NCBI RefSeq assembly: GCF_964204645.1
Contig: NC_134029.1
Coordinates: 20,082,950-20,146,949 of the forward strand
DNA length: 64,000 nucleotides
Source: Tubulanus polymorphus
Lineage: Eukaryota > Animalia > Nemertea
Direction: 5' to 3'
Below are positions 1 through 12,500 of this stretch, in pieces. Made by a program: the position numbers and the translations under genes. Position 1 is the stretch's first letter. Each line of letters starts with the position of its first letter. Below the pieces are notes generated by a model, which was not told the origin of the DNA, did not search any database, and saw nothing but the letters and a program-made list of their open reading frames with translations.

Positions 1-509
1 TCCAGCAAAGTCGGTTTCACCATGGACTCTAAGAGTCCACGGTTTCACCATGAAATTTGGGAAATTTAGTCAAACCGGTTCATAAACCCGGGCAGATTGA
101 ATCCCAATTCTATCCCATTATTGATAGCTGCGAGACAATTTGGCCAGGATCAGACCCGAGTCCAATTTGGCCCATGCCTAATTGGAGCGCGCAGTTTATA
201 ATGTAAATCAATCGCACGTTACTAAAATGCTATCATATTGAGGGCAAGAGATGCAGGCCTCTTCCAGAACCAAATATCATTCGCACAGAATAATTAGACG
301 AAGACTTGAATCTGGCACAGGCCTCGACTGACGTATTTTGTCGGACCCATTTGATACCGGAGTGAACAGACAGCCTGGGCATAACCCAGCAATAACACTC
401 GTGTGATTGTGGAAAATGAATGCGATCGCTATTTCAATGATGGAGCAGGCGTCTCTATTGTTGGGCAGAGAATTCTACCCGTATATCGATGGTTCGATGT
501 TATCCATAC

Positions 510-3500
510 CTGAATTGAATTCCGACCGGTGATTTCTGGTCGGCGTTTTTAAGTATACTGGATAGCGGCGTGGCAGGTGGCGTTACCGGTCGCGGTACGG
601 CTGCCGGTTCGATGTTCAGATACGACGGAGGTCGCGAGCTGCGACTGGTCGTCGGCGGTGGACTGTCGTTGCTTATACCTACAAACAGACCAAAAACACA
701 TTATAGTCTATAAATCAATATCGACAACAACTACTTCAACATTCAAATCATTTTTTCTTAGGCTAGGCCTACACAGTGTCTCAGAAAAAATGCCACATAG
801 TCAGGCAGTTCGGTGAAAAAATTGCGCCATTTAGGCGAGGAGCAGGCCTGACTGACAGTTAGGAAATTCACGCTAGCGGAAACCAAATTTCAAAGCCACA
901 GTAAACACTGGTTTTGCTACAGATACCCAGGTTCAAGAACATGGGCTTCATTTCCATACGTAATTCGTGTTGATACGGTTTCGGGACACACATCTAGCGT
1001 TTAGCATCATATAGATATCGATATGAATCCACGATTATCATTAAAATTTGATAAATTTTTCTCTTAAAATATCTACGACAGGCTACGCCTTACTCAGAAC
1101 CGGGTCGACAACTAGGGGGGATAGAACTGCTCAAGGCGGGGAATTCACTAAAATTTGTCTCCTGACGATGGTCTCTTGAAAGATTCCGCAACGTTGTGTC
1201 ATTCGTATTGATTTCTTCAGTAAGAAATTCCATTTTAAATCTTTTAAATTTGTCGATACCGGGTTTTAAACTCTCCACATCAGAGTGTACCGTCTATTCT
1301 ACTTCTAATTCCCCGTTTCACATTTCAATATCCAGCCAATTCTGTGAAATATTACTGATGCTAATGCTACTACTAAAGGCTGAGTTAAATGTTAAACAGA
1401 AGCTGCGATCACAGGAAGACGATTAGTCCTGGGCCAAATTGGCACGGATCAGAATTCAAATGCAATCATTTGTCTGGAGCTTAAACTTGGCTCGGGCCTG
1501 GTACGACATTTTTGGTCGGGCCAAACGAGCTCGCACCCATTTGGCACCCGTGTGAACAGTTGAAAAATGCTCGTGTGATCGCGGCTCCAGGGTTCATAGT
1601 CTCCATGACCAGTCTCATTCCATGACTTTCAAACACCTTTTTGACTCCAATTCAATGACCCGCTTTGTTGATCAAATTGACATTAATAGATCACAATTAA
1701 CTGACTTCGACTATCAAATGTATCATTTAATATAATACTATTATATCAAAATACTTTGAAATATATTTGATACGGAAATGTTATTTTACAAACAAAATTA
1801 TTCAAATAAAAACTATCATATTTCTTCAAAAACAGTATAACCAGTATGACCAAACAGTAGGAAAATCAACGAGAAGAGTCAAGAGAACAAAAGCAGGCCA
1901 CTCATGGATCATGCTTAAAGCCTAGCGCACATCGACACTGCAATTGGAGACAACTAGTTGCTACCGAAAGGATTACCCCGCCCACATCGAAATCTAGTTA
2001 CAACCGGTCAGTTGCAGCAACTGCATGGCGCGTGTCGATCGTCGAAATCCAGAGTGCGCACATCGACGGATATGACTGCAATTGAGTACAACCAGTTGCT
2101 CAAAAGTAGAACATGGGCAACTGGCTGGAACTGGAGATAGATCGACGCTTACCAATCGCAAGCTCGCTCACATCGACACATTCAAGCAACTGATTGTATC
2201 CAGTCAGTTCCTCTCATGCGCCGAAAACTGCGTTGCAACTAGTTGTCTCCAATCGCAGTGTCGATGTGCGCTAGGCTTAACGTTTTGCCTACACCCACAC
2301 ACTGGTTCTATGAAGAACATGGCTTAAGAAAGTCGTACGACTTTTTCTTTCGGTATCGTGTCTCAGCGGGCTGTGGCATTAACGGCGACCACTTGATGCA
2401 TGATCTGACCGGTGACTGTAAGCAGCCGGTGAAGTGTGATACATCACCTGAAGCACTCTAAACCATCAACCGGTAATCCTATTAACGCGTCGTCGTCGGT
2501 CTGACCATCCATGACTTCAACGCTCGCTCGTCTTCCACGCAGTAATACAAATAGCCACACCATGCTGCGTATCAGGAGCCCCCACCGTTACATCGAAATT
2601 AAAAATTACTCGGAAATTTTCTGAGCCCAGGCTTGAAATTTTGTATCCCCGTCAGAATTACACGGTTCCATAAAGTTTAGAAATTGGATTCCTTCGCCAG
2701 TGAAATTAGTAATTTTTCTTTCAGCCCATTTTAGAACAGATAACTAACGACAAATAAAGATCCATAAAGACTAGAATTTTTGCCCGACTCATTAGTTGAG
2801 ACCCGCGGGACATTGCTTGCTTTCTATTACATCGATGTTCAGTTTTAATCATGTAACATTCCTCAATTTATACCTCAGACGACTCTCAATAAACAAAATT
2901 GTTCTATTTACGAGGAAACTACAAAAGACTGGGTTCCTGCAACATCCTGCAACTGACGCTTTCATCCCAGATTCCCTGATATTTTCTTGATCCAGATATC
3001 TCAAATTCCCCGATCCGAAATTCCGATCTCCACTCGAAAGAAATTTGTCCAAAATTATCCGGTTTCTCATCCCAAAGTCTAACATTCAAAATCTGTAAAA
3101 ACATCGATGTTAGATTTTTTCTTACAAAGGAATCGAGTTTCAGCGATTTCCACGACGATAAATAGCGTCGAAAAAGACGCGGAGATCGGCGCCGGATTTT
3201 AAACGACGAACGTTCGCCGTTAGAAAACGCAACGTTTAACGGCACGAAACCGCACTTACGAGTTTTCGAGCGTTGAATACACGCTCTGCGGCGAATGAAA
3301 TAGAATTTATTATTCTCATTACTGTCTGTAGATTACCGATGACTTGTAGGAGCTCTTCCCGCATCGACACGCATTCAACACGTCGCTGAAATCATCGCAT
3401 GAAAATCTCCCGCCACGACGAGAAATTCTATTAGTCGAATATTGAGTTAAACTCGAATCGCATTTAGCTCCCCGCAGTAAATTCCACGACTTTACCGTGG

Positions 3501-6500
3501 CCTTTCTTCCCAATTTTCCGCGTTATTTCTTGACACCTCTAACTCCAAAACTGCACGATTTCTAGAATAGATGTCCAGGGAATTTCAACTCGCGCGCGCA
3601 TGAGAAGATTGTCAGAGCCTAGAAAAATTACTCGATAAAAATCGGACAGAAAATACCCGGCCATTTACTACATCAAAAATTTCATCTAGACTTTCACTGA
3701 CTTGAGCACCTAAGACGGCTGAAATTCCCGGACTTTTCTGAGGATTTTCATCGACCACGGGAACCCTAGTTGATTGCAGGGGTCACATGCGTATGTATCA
3801 TATCATAATATAATCTATTCCAGATGGCAAATTTTCAAAGATTTTCTGAATGGTTCATTTTTCGACTCAACCTAGCAAGCGATCATATTCAATAATGAAA
3901 ATCCTCAAATTCGATTTTTTTCAGATTTCAAAGCGGAAAAGAACCCAACAATGGTAGCACAAAAGCCAGGGTCCAGTTCCACAGTTCTGAGTTAAGATTT
4001 GACCCTGGAAAATGAACTAACTTTAACTCAGAGTTAACTCTAACTGGGTCCTGTGTCTTGTCAAAATGTGATTAAAAGCAATACAAGCATTCCATTTAGT
4101 GTGAATAAAATCAGAAATAGACAACGTGGACAGCAACAGGCAGCTGAATATAAATAATGCTTAGACTCGTTGTAGACTTGTTCATCTATGCTAAAATAGA
4201 ACGTTTGTTCACATTTGACCACACGCCGATGACGCTATTGATAATGATGAAAAAGAAACACGAATGACTGCAGAAATCTAATTTCGGAATCAATGGCGTA
4301 CGTGCTCATACTGTAGCGATCGTAAATGAGATGCCACCGAGCGAGCGCCAAGACGACGACGGGTCATTGCTGCTATCAGACGTCGCACTGCGCGCTGCTT
4401 TTTATACACGAGACGAGCTCAATAACGCGGCCTTTGAATGGGAATAAAATTGATACGACTCGAACGAACCATCCAATTTCTCGCTCGTCGGGCCGCCGCG
4501 CGTATTCACTTAGTCCACGGACGGGAATCGTTTTATCAGCAGCGGGGGAATCGATGGGGGATTTGTTCGAACTTTAAGGGGGAGAAATAGAGAGGAGCGA
4601 GTGAGACTTGATCACCATTTCATATCCCGATTATAGAGTAGACTCCTCTTATAATATCAGTACTGTTGATCTCGGTAAACTGGTAATTCGGTGGTTTTGT
4701 AAACAGATTTTTCAATTAGGACAGTCCCAAAAATGTACCAAATTAGGTGAAGTCTAATACACAGAAAATCTCTAATCGCCTATTTCTGAAAATTGAGCAC
4801 GTTTTAATGGAATTTCGGATGAAAGGAGTTTCGAACACATTTAAAAGCAATTCGATTTTTCTGTTTAGAGGGAGTTACGAATGTATCGAAGAGTCGTAAG
4901 GTCCCCGAGTGCGGAATGGAGAGAATGAGGGGAATGTTCAAGCGAAATGAATGGAGAGGTAAAGTGGAAGATCCAGTCGGCGACTAATGACGGCTACGAC
5001 GGCGACATTTTCGATCTGTTGCTTCGTCGCGGAAAATCAATTTCGCCTCGACGACGTTTATTAAACGCTACTAAACGCGACGACTCGCAGCCGCGCTGTT
5101 TGGTTAGAGAGACAGTTCACCGGCAGACGACGACGACGGATCGACGAAGAAGAAAAAACGAGAAAAAGATCGAAAGGTCGGATGCTGCTTCGGCGCTCCG
5201 TCTGCTGGATATCAGAAATGCGGAGCAACAAACCGAGCAAGTGACAAAATCTGATAACGACGTCGTTGAGTATTAGGATCGCGAACGATACACGTCTGAA
5301 CCGGTGAATGAAAGCCACGACGACGGCGGTGCGGTAATCATGACGCTCTTTGAGAATCGTTCAACCCGAAGCCAATAACAGACAACGGTATTCATTAAAC
5401 GAACTTTCATTGATTTATAATCTCCGCCAGTAACGAAACTTTTTTCCCCTCGTTTTACAAACGATCGAACTAATTACGTTCACCTAATTATTCGCCGGAA
5501 GCGTTTTAACGAGAAAATGATTAAGCCGATTATAAAAATAGGTACTATAATTCCAATCAGCCGGCGGTTAACGAATTTTCGTCGTTACGAAGCTAGAGTC
5601 GTCTAAACCATCTCCCACATAGATGGTAAAATTCTCAGGGCAGGGTCCCTACAGATCGGTCATTCTTGGAACAGGATACAAGCAGTTTTCAAGCAGTTTC
5701 AAAGGAGAACAATTTTGAGGAAGCATGTACTGCATCACTAATCTTCATATCTAAATTACAGTAGACATCTCCTAAAATCGGTACTGTTCATCTCGGTAAA
5801 CTTTACAAATTAAATTTGGTGGTTTTGTAAGCAAATTTTCATCCTTTTTCACCATCTTCACTCAGTTTCTAATTCGATTACCGCTCAAATTAAAAGAGTT
5901 TCAAGCACCTTTAAAAGCATTTTCCATTTCAAAGGATATTTTAAGGAATCAAGGAGTCGTCGGAGAGATTTTTCATACAAACTAACCACGTGAACATCTC
6001 AGCTATTTTCAGAGAGTTCGACGGATATCACCGCCGCCGTATTAATATTCAGACCAGCAGTAGATGATTTACGTTGCTCCGTGAACCACACGTGAAGATC
6101 AGAGATAAGAAAGGTAGCAGCAGGTTCAAGTTGGAATGAATCACGGATCACCGTACAGTGCAGGATTACGCCAAGCATTGTATAAATACACTAACTGGCA
6201 ATAACTGCCAGAAAGCTTCGAATGACTTTTGATACATCACGAGTTCGACGAAACATTGTACGAACAGCCGTTTTCTTCATTATCGGTGGAACAAAAAGAT
6301 TAATCTATCCAAGCAAAGAAATATGCTTGATTCTTAACATCCAGAGAATATCTATGTCCTCTTGGATAATGGGCTTAAATATTGTGGAACCTCTAGCCAA
6401 CATGCCAGGCACCAGTCCTACAAACCAGTAACTAAATTGCCAACTCTGATATACTGGTTAGGTATGCTTCTCTTGAGATTGTCTGTTTTGATTCGTAAAT

Positions 6501-8366
6501 TTCATCATTTCCAGGGCATCCCCTTTATTGACACAGCGTTGTTTAGGCTCAGGGATGTCGTATCAATTATTTCTAAACATTGTTTAATGGGATTTGTATA
6601 TTTCATCTTTTCCACAGGGCATCCCCTTTCTTCATACAGTGCTGTTCAGGCCCAGGGATGTCGTATCAATTATATAGGGCAGAGGTGATATGACAACAAT
6701 TATACAAATCTAGTACACCGATCGATAAATCAATTTGGCTTACAATTTAGCTTACCAGAGTCACCATTTCCGCTGTTTCCAGTCATATGTTCGATAGCGG
6801 CGGAAAGCGTCGTTTCTATTTTGCCGCTGACGCTGCTGTGACTGACGATGCTGTTACGTTTCGGAACGTGCGTATTGATCAGTTTCGGCGTCGCCGTATT
6901 CGATTGTAACGTACTCGTTCGCGAACCGCTCTGCATATACGGCGCCATTCGACCGACGTCTTTCTCTTTCGCCGACGATTTAAAAGGAACCCAACTGAAA
7001 AATAGCGGAATGAATATCAAGGCGATGAAGAGACCATACATGGTTTTAGTTGAAGTCAGGGGCTTGTTTAACAGATTGGTATCTACTTAACCCTTTCAGT
7101 GCGTCTACACCGCAGTGCGGTGTATATATCGGTGATGGATTTTGCTAGTACACCGCGCTGCGGTGTATTGATTTAATTAGTAATTATCTCTCTTGAAAGA
7201 TGGCAGCACCTGTCATAGTGAAATACTAGTAACTAATGATACACTGCGCTGCGGTGTAGACGCATTTTAGTGCTATTCCCGTTATTCAACACACTGAAGT
7301 GGAATTTTCCCAAATTTTCACATTTTCTCCAGCACTATAGGGTATTAATTAGTCAGCACAGAAAGGGTTAAAGCCAAGGGTTAGCTCGACTCATTTTCAA
7401 TTGAGTTAGCCGCTTGGTTAAAGTTAATACCAGTCTTATAAAACTGGGCCTAGGTTTCAAAGTAGGCCTAGTAAAGCTTGGAGACAAAAGAAAGCAGTTT
7501 TTAGCCCTTTTTGATCATAAAAGTAAGCGATTTTAAGCACATTAATGCTTTGCTTACTTAATACCACAGTCCTCATACTATAAATCATCCATAACACAAC
7601 CGTCCAAAACGCAATTTTGTAATCAGTAGGCATTTTGTAACAGCCTTTCTTAAGATTTTCAAAGTTAAGCACTTTAAACGGAGAGAATGCCTGTGAACTG
7701 TAGAAATGGGCTCCAATAGCGAATAAAAGCCACTTGAAATTTCACTTGCCACCCCAAAAATAAACTCACCCTACACAGACAGTCTGATTGGTGGCACATC
7801 ATCTGCTGTATGAAGTGGGAAAATAAACTTGTACTGGGCAATCGGACAAGTGCTTTGATCGGACCCTGAGCGTCAAGCTAAAAGGTCTAGATTAAAGGGG
7901 TTTCCAGAATTTTCAATCGGTCAATAACCTATCTGATGTTTATCTATCTACTGAATGCTTACATTTGAGTTCCATCTGAGCTTGAACTCGAGTCGCTGTC
8001 CTGTTCTACGTTTCCTTGAAGCGAGGCGTCTTCCGAATCGCTCGAACTCGAATCGCCGTCGTTGTTGCGCGATCTCTTCGGCTCCGGCACCGTTTTTGGC
8101 AACTCGCGCATCGCGATATTTTCCTGTCGCCGCGTGTTCGAATTGTCGTCCAAGTCATCGTGGTCTAAACTGTTACAAACCGAATCGCTGAAACTGTCAG
8201 ATTCGTCGTGGCTCCCCGAGTTGTTTACGTCGTTATTCGCGTTCGCGAACAAATCGCGATTTCCTCCGAGTCCGGTGAGCCTGTAATCCGAGTCGGGACG
8301 CAGGTTTATCACCGATATCGGACTCTCCGATTCCTCGGTCGATTCGGTATCCAAATTGTTATCCAT
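510..8366 (-). CDS. 5' part of an unidentified multi-exon gene (acidic/Ser-rich N-terminus, then a Pro-rich segment); continues past the left edge
   Basis: Three phase-compatible GT-AG exons: 8366-7963 (ATG, MDNNLDTE..., phase-2 end), 6994-6756 (WVPFKSSAKEK...GDS, phase-1 end) and 678-510 (ISNDSPPPTTSRSSRPPSYLNIEPAAVPRPVTPPATPLSSILKNADQKSPVGIQF, phase-2 end). No recognisable domain lies inside the window. Confidence 0.6.
1919..2277. mobile_element. MITE with TIRs of about 42 bp and TAA TSD (PIF/Harbinger-like)
   Basis: AGCCTAGCGCACATCGACACTGCAATTGGAGACAACTAGTTGC and its near-perfect inverted copy; TAA on both sides; internal CACATCGA..CAGTT subrepeats. Confidence 0.75.
6499..6673. repeat. 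Tandem duplication of a unit of about 75 bp containing a hairpin (GGCATCCC...GGGATGTC)
   Basis: Two copies about 102 bp apart with identical stems and diverged loops. Confidence 0.7.
7091..7367. mobile_element. piggyBac-type MITE (TTAA-CCCTTTC...GAAAGGG-TTAA)
   Basis: TTAA TSD and CCC/GGG termini; homologous copies at 29223-29480 (inverted) and 30680-30922. Confidence 0.8.
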
Positions 8367-8460
8367 CGTCTCAGTTTATTGCGTTTTCAAGAGAACGGCG
8401 TGCATTTTATCGACAGCGAGAATGATTTACAGCAACAAAGACTAGCGCGCGCTCCGTCCA

Positions 8461-8490
8461 CCATTTTGGCCAGTGTAGATCACGTGACCG
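8461..8490 (-). promoter_or_regulatory. Putative promoter motifs: E-box/CLEAR-like GTCACGTGAT followed by YY1-like AAAATGG
   Basis: CACGTG at 8481-8486 and CCATTTT at 8461-8467, about 100 bp upstream of the ATG at 8366. Motif match only. Confidence 0.35.
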
Positions 8491-9544
8491 ACCAATTGCT
8501 ACTTTATCGCCATCTATCGTAAACTGGGCGAAATATTACCATAATCGCACTGGCTTCGAACCCCATAATTAGACATAAGCCCTCCAATAAGATAGAATTT
8601 TAAGATATACTTTTCACAAGACATGATTAAGACTTACCTGTTATCTTAAAGATCTAATCGTTTGATAGCAACTACTATTTTCTTGGCTTAAGTGGATAGG
8701 GTTAATTCGACTTAACAAGGTTCGACTTAACAAGGGAGGTCCAGGCGTAGATTGTTTCAAGCCCGGGCCATTGAAAATTTGGTGGAGAGGACAAAGTCTT
8801 CATCAGCTTTCACTACTGACCGATTTTAATAAAGTACAAAGTTATCTCATAGATTACGCATAAAACCAGTTGAAATAATTTTCTTCCATCCAAGAACTGT
8901 AGTCTATTGAAATAATCCAGGTTGTCCTCATCCTTTTTTTCAAATATAAAACGAAAGTTCATCATTCGGAGAATGTTCATTTATTTTGCATGATCATTCA
9001 AACTTAATACATGTAATCTTATATGAAATACAGCACAGACTTCTTGAATTGCTTCATTTTCTATTCATTTAATAGAGTTTCATATACAACAAAAATGAAG
9101 AGTTTATCAAGTTCATAAACTTGTACATTGCAATTTCAAAGAATAGGAAGATATGATACAAAATTGGGTCATTAACAATTTTCGATACCAAAGACACACA
9201 TATGGCAGTGTAAATTATAACAGCATTAATAGCATACGATAGCTAAAATTCAATAAATCTTACAATGTAGCTGACATTTCATTTGTTACAAAACTGCCTG
9301 ACCTATTTCCACATTTGAAATATTAGATTAGTACAGGGGTGGATCTAGGGTCTGATTCAGGGATGAGTGCACCCCGAAATAGGGCATATCATATGATTTT
9401 TAAAGGCACCCAGCTCATCAAAAGAAATTAACTACCTTTTGGAAATACAGAAAATTAAGCTTATGAATCTAAACTGGATCCACCCCTGCAGTACCGGGTT
9501 TATATACATTGTGTAAGTGACATAAATTTCGCATTGAGTCAAAT

Positions 9545-12500
9545 CTAAGCGGAAGGCGTTTCTTCTCGTTCCAACTCTCCAGCGATATTTTCGATCAACA
9601 TTTCGATTTGTTTGATAGATAAATGCAGCATATCGCCGGAAAACGTATTCTTCGATACTTTCTTGTCGCACCCTTGCCATATTTTCGGTATATGCATGCA
9701 AGCCGAGAGAAAATCCAACACTTCCCGCGACTTGCATTTATCCGATGCCGGCAAATTGTCTTTCAGCATATTGTCGATACACTGTTGAAGAGTCGACCAG
9801 TTCGACTGATGAATTAGCAAAGCCAACAGATACGTAATTCTTTTCGAATGGTCGAGGTAATCGGGATGTTTGCCGTCCGGGTCTAGTAATTCCAACCAAT
9901 CAACTAACACACCGGTAGCTAAACTGTCGTGTTCGGTATTTTTCAAATGATCGAACAAAACGTCGAGCGACTTATTATTTACGGCGCCATCTTTCAACCC
10001 GTCCGATATGAACCGCTTAACGATCTCTTCCAGTCTAGGATTATTCAACTCGGTGATTCCGTCGGTCAATTTCTTTCCGTCTACGGGCTCATTCTCAACG
10101 ACAGACGAGGCCGGTTTAATCTTCTCGCCGACGATTCTCTTTGCCAGACAAATCACCGGCGACGAACAATTAGGAGCGCTGTCCAAAAGCATCGCCATTA
10201 CGGAAGTCAGCATTTCACTCGGCGGCTTCTGTTTCGTCGTGATTATTTTCAACAACGGAGAAGAAATGCTGGTATGCAAGAGAAAAGCTTGAACGAAACG
10301 TCGACCGTCGTCCGACTGTAAAATCTGATGAATCGACGACAAAACGACGTCGCAAACCTTCGCATTCTTCATTATAGCCTTTTGAACGTCCTTGAGGAGC
10401 GACTGCCGATGGTTGAAAGCTACATCTTCATCTAAGAAAAGTTTCTGCACGACTTTCGTAGCCGACGCTACGTTTTTAAACGTTACCGCTACGTCGGGGA
10501 GCTTCTTGCTGAGGTCGAGATTCAGCGTCGCGTGTTTCGGAGGCATCGCCTTCCAATTTTCCGTTTGCGGCTGCTCTTCCGTCGGAGTCAATATCGAGTA
10601 GAACTTATCGCCTCCGCAAGCGCCGCGCAGTTTTTGTACGTCAATGAGTTGAGCCATATACGATTTATCGACGATATTTTCCTCGACAGACGGCAAGTCG
10701 GTCTCGACGGCGCAATCTAAAGCGTTCAGGAGTTTACTCATGCTGCTAACCGGAATGCCGAACGACTGCACGAACAGAAGCAATTGCGACGCTTCGAGGT
10801 CTTGCAAAGCTCCGTCGACCAGTCGCGGCGTGGCCGACCTGATCAAACGCAGTTTCAGCCAATCGGGCAACAACAAAGCCTCTTCCGAAGTATCGACCAA
10901 GAACGCCGACGGCGGCAAAGTTTCGGCGGGAAACCACGTCTCGAGAAGTTCAGAGAAATCGCTCGGTTCGTTCGGATAACCGTAAGTGAGGAGTATAATC
11001 ATAGCGTGTACGACGAGAATATGTAAGGTGACCGTGTCTCCGTTCTCCCACTGAATCAGAATCTGGTCTTGTTTATCGGACCAGGCGTACGCTTCCTTTT
11101 TAGGTTGCTTCGCCAGGCGGATATACCGTACAAAAATGTTAATCAACGCGGCATGCACATTATCAGCGTATTTAGAACATTTTTCTTCGCCGGGTAAAAC
11201 CTGATTCATTACCAACGCTCGCTCGACAATCAACTGAGCCAGGTCCAAACATAGATCGGCGAGTTGTTGGGGCTCTTCCGGTTCGAGTCGGTGTCTCTCC
11301 AAGAACAGGATATAGGCGGATATGGCGTTCGTATCCATTTCTACTCGACACGCCTGCCGCAGCGCGAGCGCGATCTTCGGCTGAAGCGACGCAAAATGCG
11401 TCAGTAAAGGAATCTTATTCAGCAGCCATTTATACGACAGAAGCAGATCGTCGGCGCGTCGTTCCGTCGAATCCAGGTCTTTGTTTTCCGGATTGGCTGA
11501 ACACAAAACCATCGATAAGCCCTGAACGGCTAGCGCTCTCGACGACGCTTGCTGATTCGATAAACGCTTCATGAAATAATCGAGAACTTCTTCCGAAGCT
11601 TTGCAATCGCTTTGCGGCGAGAACAGCAACGCGTTCAGGCGTTTCAGCAACAGTTCCTGTTTCTTGATCTTCTGTTTCTTTTTCAACTTTTGCGCGCCGG
11701 TCTCGTCGTCGTCTTGTTGGAAAAGGCCGATGTCCGATTCGTGTAGCAGGAACTCGCACAAACATTGAACAGGCAACACCTCGAGCGAGCCCTCGTTTGA
11801 TTCGACGAGCTCGGCCAACCACGGCATCGATTGCGACGTGCCCTGTCGCTGAATTATATCCATCAGGAAGTCGGGTTCGCGACTGCAACACAACAAATGC
11901 CCGATTCTCAACGACTTGTTCATCAACTTCAGTTGGTCGATCACCCACAACGGCGGCTTTCTCGCCGGACCAGTGGGATCCATCGACGTAAGCTGCGAAA
12001 TCAGAAGGCTGTTGTTCTCCGTGATCGTCACCTTGCTCGTAGCCGCGGCCAAATGACCTTCGAATTCGAGAATTTGCTGCTTTTCCATCGCGACGAGTTG
12101 TCGATCGTTATTCCATATTTCTTCGATCGACGCGTCGTCCGTCGCGCAAGTCGGGGGCGGAAATTTGTAATTGTTCGTCATCACCATCTCCATCAGCGAC
12201 TTCAACGTCGGGTACAGATCCCACGCGGCTCGACCCAAAGTCGACGGGTTGAAAGCCGCGATTACCAACAGCATATCCCACGCCTTCCAATAAAGGTTCG
12301 ATATCGCGAGTGTCGGCGGCTGGTATCCGCGCGGTAAGGCGATATTTTCCGGATGATGGTAAGTACACGCGTTCAATACGGCATCGAAAAATTCCAATCG
12401 TTCGACGTTCAAAACTGGAATGCCTTCCATTTGCAGAGCGGCCGCGCGTTCGACTAGCTTATCGGCTAATTCCAGCGCGTCGGCCGAATTCAGAGGTAGA

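Noticed and set aside
6620-6650. Iron-responsive element (CAGTGC loop)
   Set aside because: The flanking 5-bp stem does not pair, and the site is intronic and antisense to the host gene.
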